In this document: piece after piece, positions 51,122-63,107 of the stretch
Position numbering within the stretch: the first letter of the stretch is position 1
Layout: each line of letters begins with the position of its first letter
Source: Phoronis australis
Taxonomy: Eukaryota; Animalia; Phoronida
Assembly (NCBI GenBank): GCA_002633005.1
Contig: NMRA01000303.1
Span: 4,949 to 68,948 of the forward strand
DNA length: 64,000 nucleotides
Direction: 5' to 3'
Position numbers and translations under genes: made by a program
Notes under the pieces: generated by a model
What the model was told of the DNA's origin: nothing
The model's database searches: none
What the model saw: only the letters and a program-made list of their open reading frames with translations

Positions 51122-52551
51122 GTAAGCTTTAAGCAATAAGTTTCTATCAACATCGTTCAGTGATGTTATCCCCACCAGTTATCCCACTGAATAACAGGTT
51201 TATTGAGTGGAACTAAGTGTTTCTTTTTGAAAACTCACCCCATGCCGGGTAGACTAGCGGCACATATTCATATTGTCCTGGGTGGGAGTGCACCCAATAT
51301 AAGAGGTGTATGGTACGTGACGCTCAGAAGTCAAGGATGAATTTTTCACAGCAGTTTCTCTTCAAAACTATGCTGTGTCCAATAAAATTCTCTAGATGAG
51401 TGAGTTTCCTTATTTTATAGCGGACCCCACCCCCTGGACTACCAGATTAGTTACCGAATTAACATGAATAAGACTTAATTCAATAAATGTCGTAACATTG
51501 CATTGGAATAAAAAATAACACCTAGAATGAATTTTACTTGTTGAGGTCAGCAGCACATTTTAAGTGTCATGAAAAATACGCATTGTTAAATCAATTTTAG
51601 CGTGTTTCACATATTTTAACTCAGATCTTAAATAAGACTTGGGTACAAAGGTTATTACTTTCTACATATAAACATGAATGTGAAACGTCAAGTATGTTTT
51701 GCCTTACAAAAGTAGTTTTGTCTTGTTTTTTTCATAATTTGCTAATATTTCTCCGCCTATTCTGTTACAGGAGAGAGAACACAACTGAAACCAACCGCCT
51801 GACCGTCTATTTTACCTTTGGACAAAGTGAAAAGCTATCCTTCAGCAATAACCTGAGAGAATTGAACCTAATTCGGAAATTCAGCACTTGATATGCCTGA
51901 TTATGGACTGGGTTGCAATGTTGTTTCTTTGTATGCATGTGCTTGTTCAGTTGGCCATTTTGTTTTTAAATACAATGATAATTGTTTATTCTCTAATCTT
52001 GTGAATAGCAGATTCTTATCCAGCTAGCTACAATTGGAAACATACTTTTTTTGCATGTGGAACTTTTGTTGCAGACAAGTTAACACAAACCTTAAAATTG
52101 TTCAAAGGCTTTCTTAAGAAAGCTCTAAAAATAATTACACACACTAACAAATCAAATGCAAACAAAGGGAATACTTCATTTTGATCACTGCACATTTCTA
52201 TAGGTCAACAGGAAAATGGCAATTCGCAAGTGTACTCGGTAATCACTTCAGCTTTAACAAGAATAAGCACAACTGCACTGTATGGGGCTTTAAAACTGAA
52301 GAAATGTCGTGGTTTCAATAATGAGTGACAAAATTGCCTGTTGATTAAAATTTGTTCGATCATCAAAGTGTAACATTAACGGGCTTTCTGATGACAATAA
52401 AACAATCGATGCAGTCACTGAATCTCATTTCCCCATGATGTGTACCAAATTAAAAAGTTTTTACCATTAGTATAAACCCTTTCTTCTGAAAGGAAAAGTC
52501 AATGTCACTCAGTGAGAAAGGACAGGTATATGCTTTTGGTTTTCATTTCAC

Positions 52552-53049
52552 TGGGATCTAATTTCAATGGCCTATAGAAGCGCTTGTAAAAAAGGTCCAG
52601 TTTCGGCACGTGGCTTTCTTTCATGTAACCTCATTCAGCTTCAATAACATCCACAATTAAACCCTTGAAGGTAAACACAACAACATATCATTTGAATCGT
52701 TTTGTGCCCAAAAATCGGACCCTGAACTAGACCAGAGTGTCAGTCTGCCTTCTTTAGCCTTAATCCCTCATGTTTCTTCCACGAAAGGAAATAAACTATT
52801 GTCCACACATGACTCATTGCCTATGAAAGGGCATTCTCACCAACAAGGCTTACTTGTGTAGCAGTCAGATATAGTTCCTCTTTATACACAAACAATCCAC
52901 TGGCACATAGTACTGCGATTCACATTTCTCCAAGGCCACTGACTTGTACATTGTGCCATGCAGCGCTGCTGGAAGTGCTGTGGGAAGAGAACGGAGTAAC
53001 AAAGCTTGTCTATGATGCGGCTTGAAGTGGCCTTAAAACGTCGCTGAAC
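52552..53049 (-). pseudogene. YqaJ / lambda-exonuclease-like domain remnant
   Basis: With a frameshift and stops: PAALHGTMYKSVALEKCE...GLFVYKEELYLTATQVSLVGEN...LRLKKAD*HSGLVQGPILGTKRFK*YVVVFTFKGLIVDVIE...PKLDLFYKRFYRP. Confidence 0.72.
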
Positions 53050-54228
53050 CTGAAACAAATATTGAAATACGAAAAATTAAGTACTCCAAGTTGGGTCGAA
53101 ATGCTATCCCTGTTTTTCAAAAGTATGATATGATGACTGCTCTACATTGTCACACAAAATTAAATAATTACTATTTTCAGAAACCAAGGGTGTATATAAT
53201 AGTATTGCATAAAGCTGTGTCTTTATTTTTCATTCGTAGCCATAACAATACTTTAAACGCATCACTTGTCTGCAAAATATACAATTTTTGAGACAACTTC
53301 AAACCTTTGTTACCCATTTTCAAGCCTTTTTATTTTTGATACTTTTAGCAATTTTAAACTCCGATTACAGATTCATGGGTCTGTCAAGCATACTTCTAGT
53401 CTAAGGCTGAGGGAGCCGGTTCTCAGACTTTTTATTTTTCTTCTGATAGGAGATATGAAGACTTGGGTCATCTAAAAATGACGGATAATCTTTCTGTTGT
53501 TTACGAGTAATTACAAATCGTAAGGCATCATCAAAAATGCAATTCTCGATGTGTAATAGATTTGCGGTAGACATATGATAGGGAGTAGTCCAATGTAATG
53601 GATATTTGCCATGTACCCTTTGCCATTGGGCTTGGATTGTAATCTCAATTCATTAACCAATATCGAGTTGACAGCATAATCTTTCAGCATTGATTAATGT
53701 AATTGGCACTGATAATCCTGTCAGAAATCATTCCAAACAAATAATGATGCTGTGATGTACGAAAAGATCCCGAGTGCTTCGTCAAGTATCGTAACACATA
53801 TCACAACAAACAAAGATTAACCCGAGTGGCGTCTGCCGCGAAGTCGACATCGGTTAACAGGTATCAGTAGAATAAACTTGGAATAATCGTTAAAATAATC
53901 ACAAACCTTACCCCTGTATAAGGACGTGCTTAGTTCCTCTCATAGGAGCACCCTTTTCATGCAATCTCAGATTAAGTTGGCACGGCTGCAAACCATTTCA
54001 CTATGTATTTAAAGGGCTCACGAAATAGAGGCTTCTTCATCTATCACCACTAGTACACGCGCGCCCTCTAGTTATCGTAGATCCTGAATAGCACCATACC
54101 TTGAGCTTTTGCTGTACACTCAAAGGCGCAACAAGAATTTTGCAGTTGACCTTCATGGAAACTGAGGAGTAGCTTCTTTGTCACAATCAGCTTTAGGCCT
54201 ACATATCCAAAGTAAACAATTGCAAAAC

Positions 54229-54477
54229 TATGTAGGCCTAACTGGCCTTACAAATATGTAGGCCTAACTGGCCTTACAAATATGTAGGCCTAACTGGCCT
54301 TACAAATATGTAAGCCTAACTGGCCTTACAAATATGTAGGCCTAACTGGCCTTACAAATATGTAGGCCTAACTGGCCTTACAAATATGTAGGCCTAACTG
54401 GCCTTACAAATATGTAGGCCTAACTGGCCTTACAAATATGTAGGCCTAACTGGCCTTACAAATATGTAGGCCTTACA
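54229..54477. repeat. 26-bp minisatellite, about 9 units
   Basis: Unit tgtaggcctaactggccttacaaata, nearly invariant. Confidence 0.95.
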
Positions 54478-54575
54478 CATTTGGCACTGACGGTGTCACA
54501 TGCCACACTTACACATCTTTTGCTTGACGTCTCCAAGTTTGACTTCCTAAAACCGCTCTGAGGTGATGGCGTGTT

Positions 54576-54826
54576 ACAACTATTATTAAAATCTTTTGGT
54601 CTATTTACACCGACGTTTCGGTCGGTCTATTGTCAAGTGTTCCTGCGTTCTTAGAAGAACGAGCACGGAAAAATCACACCATGATGAGCGTACCACACAA
54701 CCGTGCTCGTTCTGCTAAGAATGCATGAACACCTGACGATGTCCGGAGAATAGACCTACCGAAACGCCGTTACAATGTAGACAAGAGGTCGGTGTAAATA
54801 AACCAAGAGATTTTAATAATAGTTGT
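54576..54826. repeat. Long palindrome (arms of about 95-125 bp) with a degenerate hammerhead-like core; possibly a Penelope-like element end
   Basis: acaactattattaaaatc...gaacgagcacgg is mirrored by ccgtgctcgttc...gattttaataatagttgt. CTGACGA...GAAAC lies at 54733-54765. Confidence 0.7.
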
Positions 54827-55756
54827 CTCCAAATTTGCCGCTCAATGTGTTAATTTGTTCTCCCGAAATGGGCATCGCACACCCACTATTTCCATGCAAA
54901 ATGGGATCTGATGTTTGCCATAGCTAGATAACTCATCTATCGTGGGTACCAGCGAATGAAAAATGGTTACGTCAGCACGAGGCCCGGGGAGACACGCTTA
55001 TGCCCTACGTTAGGAATCCGGGCCGTTTAGTGGTATCTTGTAGTTGGACAATACTTCTTTACATCGACCAGGAAAACCGGTGTCTCCGTCCGTCCTTGAT
55101 ATCACGAAAGGTGATCTAAGCTCTTATTGTGTTGTGTAGGACAATTACAGCTTGAGCAATGCCTTCACGCCAATGAAATAATGGCTGGAATAAATTGAAA
55201 TGTCAAAGAGAGAAACTGGTATTTTTAACGTGTTTGGCTTCTGTAATTGAACTCCTTGTGAGTGTAGAATCCTTCTTTCGCAGAAAAATTAAGGTAAAAA
55301 TTGGCCAATGCGCTGCGATGGGTAATTAGTTGTTGACAGCAGTTTTGAGTCGATGCCTGTTCGTATTAATGTTTTTCATTCAGCATGGAGCATAATTGGC
55401 GTTTGCGTCGTGTCATCGAAGAAAAGACGGAACCTGGCGATTAGCAAAAGAAAGGTTGAAATCAGGCCTCTGCCGTCGTGTGGAATGCGAACTAAACGCG
55501 AGTTGGTTATAATGTACCCGAAACAATACAAACATTTACACTCAAGTGTTTCGCATATAGGCGCATGCGCCTAACGTTCAGTTATAGGCAAAGTCGTCTA
55601 TTCGGCTTGATGGACTGATCAACAAGATATAACCCGCTATCAACTGAAAAACTGCGTCAGTCGCTAGTGACAGGAATCAACTATTGATATAGGTTAGTTA
55701 CTGTTAATGAAAAATGTCTCAACTTGTTTGTCAAGTTAGATACACTTTTTGAGCTT

Positions 55757-55996
55757 GGATATATCTTGAGACCAGGCTGTGGATATATGTTGAGACCAGG
55801 CTGTGGATATATGTTGAGACCAGGCTGTGGATATATGTTGAGACCAGGCTGTAGATATATCTTGAGACCAGGCTGTGGATATATGTTGAGACCAGGCTGT
55901 GGATATATCTTGAGACCAGGCTGTGGATATATCTTGAGACCAGGCTGTGGATATGTGTTGAGACCAGGCTGTGGATATATGTTGAGACCAGGCTGT
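55757..55996. repeat. 24-bp minisatellite x10
   Basis: Unit ggatatatgttgagaccaggctgt. Confidence 0.95.
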
Positions 55997-56068
55997 ACAA
56001 CTGACTTAATGCATCAAGATGGGGTCGGAGCCAAGCATATGCCAGGAGCACTTCAATTTCAACTCTTT

Positions 56069-57214
56069 CAGCCGATTTCATAAAGGTGATTTAAAGTTAA
56101 ACCAGGTTTAAACTGGACTTAAACCAGGTTTAAAGATAATCTTCATTTCATAAAGGTCGGTTAACTTTTAGACCAGTGGTTTAGTAAAACCTGGTTTGAC
56201 TCCAATTTAGACATGGTCTAAGTCAGTTTTCATTTCCCCAATGACATCTATATTCTTTAGATCTGTATTAAGATCTTAAATCAGGTTAAGCTTTAGACTT
56301 GGTCAGACCTATGTTTAAATGTTAAATATGACAGACTTGCAAGATATAGGTGAAACTGAATGAGACCCCGGTGTGCATTTACGACGCAGTTTTAGAGCGA
56401 AAATGGACTACTTTCAATATTCAGTTTTACGACGACACAAGATCAAATGTAGCAGGGGCGGATCCACGATTTTTAAGGGGAGGGGATCTGTCAAGGACTT
56501 TTTAAAAGGGGGGACCAAGTCAACAATTTGAAAATTATAGATTTGATATCACTAAAATCAAGGGAAAAGGGAGTCCGGACCCCTTGACCCCCTGGGATCC
56601 GCCTATGTGTAGACCAGTTTGTGCTGGATGGTGTCCTGCGGATTCCTCAGAATACGACTGGTGGAGCAGGGCGTCGTCGTAAGCGCCACGGGTTTGACTG
56701 GAGATAGCATCTTCTGATTCTTCTGATTTCCACCTCCATTGGTCTCCGGTTTGATGTTGCCGGGAAGGGGTAAATAAACACTAAAATGGCATGGAAATAT
56801 ATTTGGACACTTATGATGTTGCGGCTAATCGTAAGCTTGTACTTTAATGTGTGTATACGTGTGTTGGTCACACACATTACATTTTTCCTCATGAGAAAAG
56901 CTTCTACACCTTTTTCGCAAATGTCTGCACTGATTCTACTAGTGTGTGCCTTTGTATACCCACGTGATCAAGGTTTCATTGGAGTACTTCAATAGTTTCT
57001 TTGTTGGATTAATCCAGATCGACACAGCTGGGTGGCTTAGATACTTTAAACCTGGTTTTACTAAACCGGCTCCCCGGTCTAACAAAACCAGGCTTTCAGA
57101 CTTTTAAACCACGTTGGTGAAATGCAAGTTAGGTTTAAAATTAGACCAGGTTTAGGAAGACCAGGTTTAAGTCTTAAACCTGGTTTTGTTAAACCACCTT
57201 TATGAAATCGGCTG
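56069..57214. mobile_element. Non-autonomous Harbinger-like element with many subterminal aaaccaggttt motifs
   Basis: Perfect 20-bp TIR cagccgatttcataaaggtg / cacctttatgaaatcggctg. Clustered (a/g)accaggttt repeats at both ends. Confidence 0.8.
56453..56607. mobile_element. MITE with 5-bp TSD (TGTAG) nested in the Harbinger-like element
   Basis: Ends caggggcggatcc / ggatccgcctatg. Confidence 0.82.
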
Positions 57215-57492
57215 TTTGTGTCAATCACGCCAGAAACCACTGCTCGTGGTCTAAGAAACACGTTGAGACAATTTTTAAGGCGGTTTAAGTGATAGGTTAG
57301 TTTCTTCACTCACAACGGGATTTGCTTCAAAAGCTTCCCAGAGAGGCAAATGCGCCTAACTCCAGCTGCATATTTAACGTGGCTTTACGTGATTTCATGA
57401 GGTGAAAATTAGTACTGTTTGAAAAACCTATGCTCATTGTTAGCAAAAACAGAGAAAAGAGTCCAAAAATGACCACCAGCTTGGCAAAAATA

Positions 57493-57778
57493 TATTCTCA
57501 AAGGGTTATCTGACCGCAAGCACGGTTATTAATCTCACCATTAAGACTTTCGTCAATCAAGGTTACCCTAATTCATCTAAAACGGGCTTATTGCTAGTCA
57601 AGCGCCATCTGACGGAAACTCTAACAACGGGCGTCAAGACCAATGAGCTTTATACATAGTTATATCTATATCATTGGTTATGATTCTGAGGCCGACTGAA
57701 GTCAATCGCCCGTGATTGACGAAAGTCTTATGGTGAGATTAATAACCCTGCTTGTGGTCAGATAACGCTTTGTGAATA
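57493..57778. mobile_element. MITE with TIRs of about 65 bp
   Basis: tattctcaaagggttatctgaccgcaagc...gactttcgtcaatca is mirrored by tgattgacgaaagtc...gtcagataacgctttgtgaata. Confidence 0.75.
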
Positions 57779-57810
57779 CAGAGAAAGCGGTTTTATCTTC
57801 TGTTCACCTA

Positions 57811-58134
57811 AGGGGACACCATGGGTTTTAAGGCCTCAAAACGCATTTTCATGATTATTTTTGGATGCCGGGTTGACTTCTTGAAATTCAGCTCTGTTGG
57901 TGATTTTATTACAAATCATCAGTTTCCGTCATTGGGAGTGCCAGTCATTCGTTGAAGTCAAGCCTTGTGTGGCTTTATCACTCCTAAAATACTCTGCCGG
58001 TTAGCGAAAGAGATTTAGCCTATAGTTCCATCAACAAAGTCTTAGATTGTAACCGTGACCGTTTTGGTTAGTTCACGTTCGATTCCGCACTGAGGCTATC
58101 TCAGAAAATCACTTTTCTTGCCTGTAATGCCCCT
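57811..58134. mobile_element. Short relative of the 6984-7809 TTAA MITE (opposite orientation)
   Basis: The right end revcomp aggggcattacaggcaagaaaagtgattttc matches 6984 onward. TTAA at 58135-58138. The left end is degenerate. Confidence 0.6.
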
Positions 58135-58537
58135 TTAACCGTCCGAAACGTTATTCTAATCAGCCGCCACTTGGCTTTACGTGCTTGTTCAGTGTTGGGT
58201 ACTTTTCACGAGCCGAACTCGGTCAGTCATATTTTGAACTGTTCTCGAGAATTACGGGGAAAAGTTCTGAAACAGAAATTAATTAAAATGCCTTGTCGTC
58301 AATCCATTTTTGTGAACCACTCAGTGCTGTAGTGGTAAAATTAGAGATAAGTAGGCGCCCAAAGCCTAGGCAACACATAGCCCCTCGGTTGGCTGGTTAG
58401 GGGCTACAATACTTCCCATTGCTTTCTGTACGCATTTCGTCCCGTGTATTTTAAAGGGGCGGTAGGCCAAATCCGGTCATCGATTAAGAGTTTTCACCTC
58501 GCCAAAAATGCATTCTACTCTCAAAAGTATGACTTAA

Positions 58538-60169
58538 AGGAGAACGCCACCCAAAAAACAACCTATTTTGTATCAATGTAAATCGAGTAGTTCTACTCGT
58601 TAACCGCAGGTTCGGTTGCGTTACCTGACACCCGACGGCAGACGGAGGTGTTGAAATTATCCAATGACGTAATTGGTTTCACAAGTCGTCTGTTCAGCAG
58701 TTCACACCACGGGTTAGTGGTGTCAGCTTATCGCTAAAAAATCATCGTCTAACACCAATAAATGATCAAACTTCGATGCAATACCCTTAAAAATACACCG
58801 AGTTCTTATAAAAACGTGTTGTTTTATTTTGCTGTTATGGATTTACTGGTATTTGGACACACCGCAGCCTACAAAGTTCGGCAGGCCAATTTACCAATGT
58901 CCGTAGCAGGAGTTTGGGGTCTTTTCGGAGATAAATTCGAAGTATTCTTCCGTGAAAAACAGACAGGAGAACCTAGATCTGTGTTGTTTATACTAGTGAT
59001 TTTTTGAGTTCGGAACCCGATCAGGCCCGTCACGACCGCCGGGACTGGAACGAACATAAACCAGCTTGAGTAGGAAACTAAACCTCAAGTCACGAAAAGA
59101 CTAGAATAGTGAGCCAAAGAAATAACGCGCATGTAATTATTTATGTGAATTAGCCACGAAACTGAAAATTTACTTACTTGTCGGGGGCCGCGAAGTCGGG
59201 TTCCCCTTCCACAGACCGTCAGGGCAAAGGTTGTACAGTAATGATGATTTGAATAATGTATTTGTATTTCTAAATAAAGATTCCCCTAACATGTAACCAT
59301 AGCACATAAACTCGAGTAATTGTTCACAAGAGCTTTCTGTCAGCAAACACTGAATTAGAATGCACACGGCTTCGGTGCCCGGTCAATAACCTTTGTTGCC
59401 GGCATCAAAGGCCGGTAACGCAGTGGTTTATTCATTGCTGGCTTCTCAAAACATTTGCACTCATGAGCACTACAAGCCATTACAAATTGAATCTAATGAG
59501 ACAGGCTTTGTTTCAGTTTCATATAAGCATTCATAGGAGGAGAATAATTCATTTTGAAACAGAACGCAGAATAATAAACGTCTACCTGGCAACTCGCCCG
59601 GCGCTAATCCTGACTTAGTCAAGAGCTTATATATCCGACGAAGATTTCACGGTCGGATCCGTCGTTAGGTTTCACGAGCTCTCAGTTCGAACCGGAATAC
59701 ACTGACCAAGAAATACTAGAGAGGCGTCGTGAACAAGCACAGGCAACGGAACGTATGGATAGTTCTTTGGTAAGCCGGAATTCTTCAGGAAATTCACTGT
59801 GGACGAAATACCGACCCGGCACAGACACGGAGATGTTTCAGGGCCTCACACTTGCTGTTAACAGCTTACCTTTCATTTTTCACTACCGCGAGCCACTTCC
59901 TAAGCATTTCGGGCTCTCGAGGAAGTCGAGAAAACGATATACCCGCTTTTTTCGCAGCTTCATAGTTCAGACAAGCGGGAACGATGCACCGCAATATAGC
60001 GGCATTCACTCTGCAGACGAACCACTGACGTCGCTGCGTCGTTTCTCACTTTCCTCGCAGGTTAACACGACACCTCTCGGCAAGTTGAGGTCGACCGTAT
60101 AAGAGGTGATGTGGATATAGACCGATTAAGACGCTAAAAAAGACTAATTAAATCTGGTGGCATTCTTCT
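58538..60169 (-). mobile_element. Internally deleted Kolobok-type element (family B), copy 2, inverted relative to 8147-9867
   Basis: TTAA TSDs (58534-58537, 60170-60173). TIR aggagaacgccac / gtggcattcttct. Same THAP/KolX junction (gaacgtatgg|atagttctttgg at ~59759). Confidence 0.88.
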
Positions 60170-60679
60170 TTAAAAATGAGCTTACTTTCTTCAGTGATCC
60201 TTTCTGCTTCTACACATATCTTCGATGAATTAAGGTGACTTTGGAGAAGAATTCCAACTCCACTTTTTGGTCACCGTTAACCTTTTCACCGCGCGTGCGA
60301 TAACCACAAACTATTTTATTTGAGTCACCTGAGTTAGGCTAAGGCTAACGCGAGACTGAGCGAAGTGCGTGACCTGGCGCGTGACACTTGCAAAATAGCA
60401 TGGGAAGATATCAGGTGGAATTCGTGAGTTTTGTGTCCCTTGGACTTTTTGTTCGTTAACAGGCGTGATTTGTCGTAACTTCTTCAAAATGGCACCCTGT
60501 GAGAGAAACTCGAACGAATCGCGACAGATTTTCATGGATATGTTTAAGTTATGTTGACTAAATTGTATTCAGAGTCATGGTATGTGTTAATTATAACTCC
60601 ATGTGCATTTATGCATGTTTCATTGGATTTTGTTTGCTGCACTTTGAAATGCGTTTATGGGGATGTACAATCGCCTCTG

Positions 60680-63107
60680 TGTCAGAATATAGTCTGACAG
60701 TATTTTTAGTTGTACATGTATTGTTTTGTTTTGTTATTCTGTTTGGTTGGCATGTCCCCCTGAGTTAAGTACAATGATGATGTAATTTGTTTACTGCAGT
60801 ATAGTGTGGAACTTATTTCTAGAAGACTCTGGCAGTGGTTAATGCAGTCTGGAATATTCTAGAGACTAGTACATGTTTGTAGAATGGTTGGGTAGATTCA
60901 GGAAAGTTCTAGAATGTGCTTGAATTGATGAAAAGTTTCAGAACAATGCATTAGGCTATACATACACAAGCTCGGGTTTGTGTTAGTCAGATCACGTCAG
61001 TTCAAGAGAAGATCAAGTCGGGAGATCATGTCAGTTCAAGGGAGATTAAGTCAGTTCAAGGGAGATCAAGTCAGTTCAAGAGAAGATCAAGTCAGTTCAA
61101 GAAAGTTAATCAGGAGATTACAGTTGAGTTGCGGTGAAGAGAATCAGAAGTTACAGCGATAGTCAAGTGAGCCAGCTATAGAGACAGCAGGTTATTGAAT
61201 CGACGAGTGTAACAGTTGCTGAACGTGTCTCAGAAGTTCACCACAAGTCAAGGCTTCGCAGCATTGGCTGGAGCATTAACAGACATTACGTCGGATGTTT
61301 TGTTTGGGTAGGCTCGTGAACTTATGGTCGAGATTAATAAAAGGACTAACTCGAACCAGTCTTCAGTCAATCATCGCACCGAAAGCTATTAGCACCGGTC
61401 TGTAACAACCTGCGCCCACCCACTCACGGGGAAAAACGTGACGATTGGCGAGCACGCCAAGAGATTACTGACGGTAACAAGGTGTGATAAAGTGGACTGT
61501 TGGAATTAGCAACTCACTGTGGAGACAAGATCTCAACTAAGGGAGTTAATGGCCCTCAGACAAGAAATGGGTCTGCAGAGGAAGCAACTCCAAATGTCAG
61601 CAGCGGTCAGCCGTCGAGGTTCTCAGAGTAAGGATTCGGTGAAGCATGCTAACCCTGAACGCGCCTTCAAAGGAAAGCTGCGTCTGAAGGAGGGATATAT
61701 TGGCATGAAGAAGGTCTCAGTGTTGAAACACACAGGCTGCACAACCATTGTGGTTCGATCCAGTCTAGTCGAACCAGGAGATATGACCTACCGGAAGTGG
61801 TCATGCGAGTTGGCGGACTCTACCAAGAGATGGCTGCCTGTCGCAAAGATCAACATCAAGACACTGTACTACACAGAAGTGTTTGCAATGTGTATGGAGC
61901 GTCCTGTGACCGATTTGGTTATCGGGGACGTGCCTGGCGCCTTGGACCCAGGCGATGTTGAGCGACAGCAGAGAGCAACAACTGCCAACGAGGACAATAT
62001 AGGCAACAGCCTTGCGGAGGGTCCGAAAGATGACTCTCAGAAGAGTACTACTTTCCAAGAGGAAAGCCCAGTGACCTCAACTCCAGAGAGAGAAGAGGTG
62101 GCCGACATATCGGTAGGAACAGATCCTGATGAATCCAGCAGGGAAACGGTAGCAGTGACTACCAGTGCTCAAGCAGAGACTGTAAGTCAGGGAGCACTTT
62201 AGCGGCGGATACGGCAGGTTATGTATATATGCCAGATGATTTTGCATTAGAAAATTATAGAGTAATTTTCTCTTTGGCAGGGGTGTATTGTCAGAATATA
62301 GTCTGACAGTATTTTTAGTTGTATTGTTTTGTTTTGTTTTGTTATTCTGTTTGATTGGCATGACCCCCTGAGTTAAGTACAATGATGATGTACTACAGAA
62401 TAGTATGGAACTTTCTAGTAGACTGAGTTCAGTAGTGATGATGTAATTTGTTTACTGCAGTATAGTGTGGAACTTTATAAAAGACTCTAGCATGGCAGTT
62501 GTTAATGCAGTCTGGAATATTCTAGAGACTAGTACATGTTTGTAGAATGGTTGGGTAGATTCAGGAAAGTTCTAGAATGTGCTTGAATTGATGAAAAGTT
62601 TCAGAACAATGCATTAGGCTATACATACACAAGCTCGGGTTTGTGTTAGTCAGATCACGTCAGTTCAAGAGAAGATCAAGTCGGGAGATCAAGTCAGTTC
62701 AAGGGAGATTAAGTCAGTTCAAGGGAGATCAAGTCAGCTCAAGAGAAGATCAAGTCAGTTCAAGACAGTTAATCAGGAGATTACAGTTGAGTTGCGGTGA
62801 AGAGAATCAGCAGTTACAGCGATAGTCAATAGTGAGCCAGCTATAGAGACAACAGGTTATTGAATCGACGAGTGTAAAAGTTGCTGAACGTGTCTCAGAA
62901 GTTCATCACAAGTCAAGGCTTCGCAGCATTGGCTGGATCATAAACAGACATTACGTCGGACGTTTTGTTTGGGTAGGCTTGTGAACGTACGATCGGGATT
63001 AATAAAGGATTAACTCGAACCAGTCTTCAGTCAATCATCGCACCGAAAGCTATTAGAACCGGTCTGTAACAACCTGCGCCCACCCACACACGGGGAAAAA
63101 CGTGACA
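60680..63107 (+). mobile_element. Non-autonomous Gypsy-type LTR retrotransposon (LTRs 60680-61443 and 62289-63107)
   Basis: Two long direct repeats beginning TGTCA and ending TGAC(A/G). PBS tggcgagcacgccaaga after the 5' LTR. ggcaggggtgtat tract before the 3' LTR. Flanks ctctg / ccctg. Confidence 0.93.
61519..62202 (+). pseudogene. Gypsy aspartic-protease region remnant, catalytic motif degenerate
   Basis: GYIGMKKVSVLKHTGCTTIVVRSSLV...LADS...PVAKINI...PVTDLVIGDVPG aligns with the retropepsin LRDTG...DLIIG pattern, but with KHTG. No RT, RNase H or integrase. Confidence 0.8.

Larger units (their letters stand above)
49789..54095. mobile_element. Decayed ISL2EU-type (PIF/Harbinger group) transposon with convergent THAP-transposase and YqaJ genes
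   Basis: AT dinucleotide flanks. Termini gggtctattc / gaatagcacc. Subterminal inverted motif tgtactagtggtgat. THAP remnant on +, YqaJ remnant on -. Confidence 0.72.

Noticed and set aside
55724-56083. (LRPGCGYM)n and (HSLVSTYI)n ORFs; likewise the (SCTTHRHTYQV)n ORF at 28546-28932
   Set aside because: Artefacts of 24-bp and 33-bp minisatellites.
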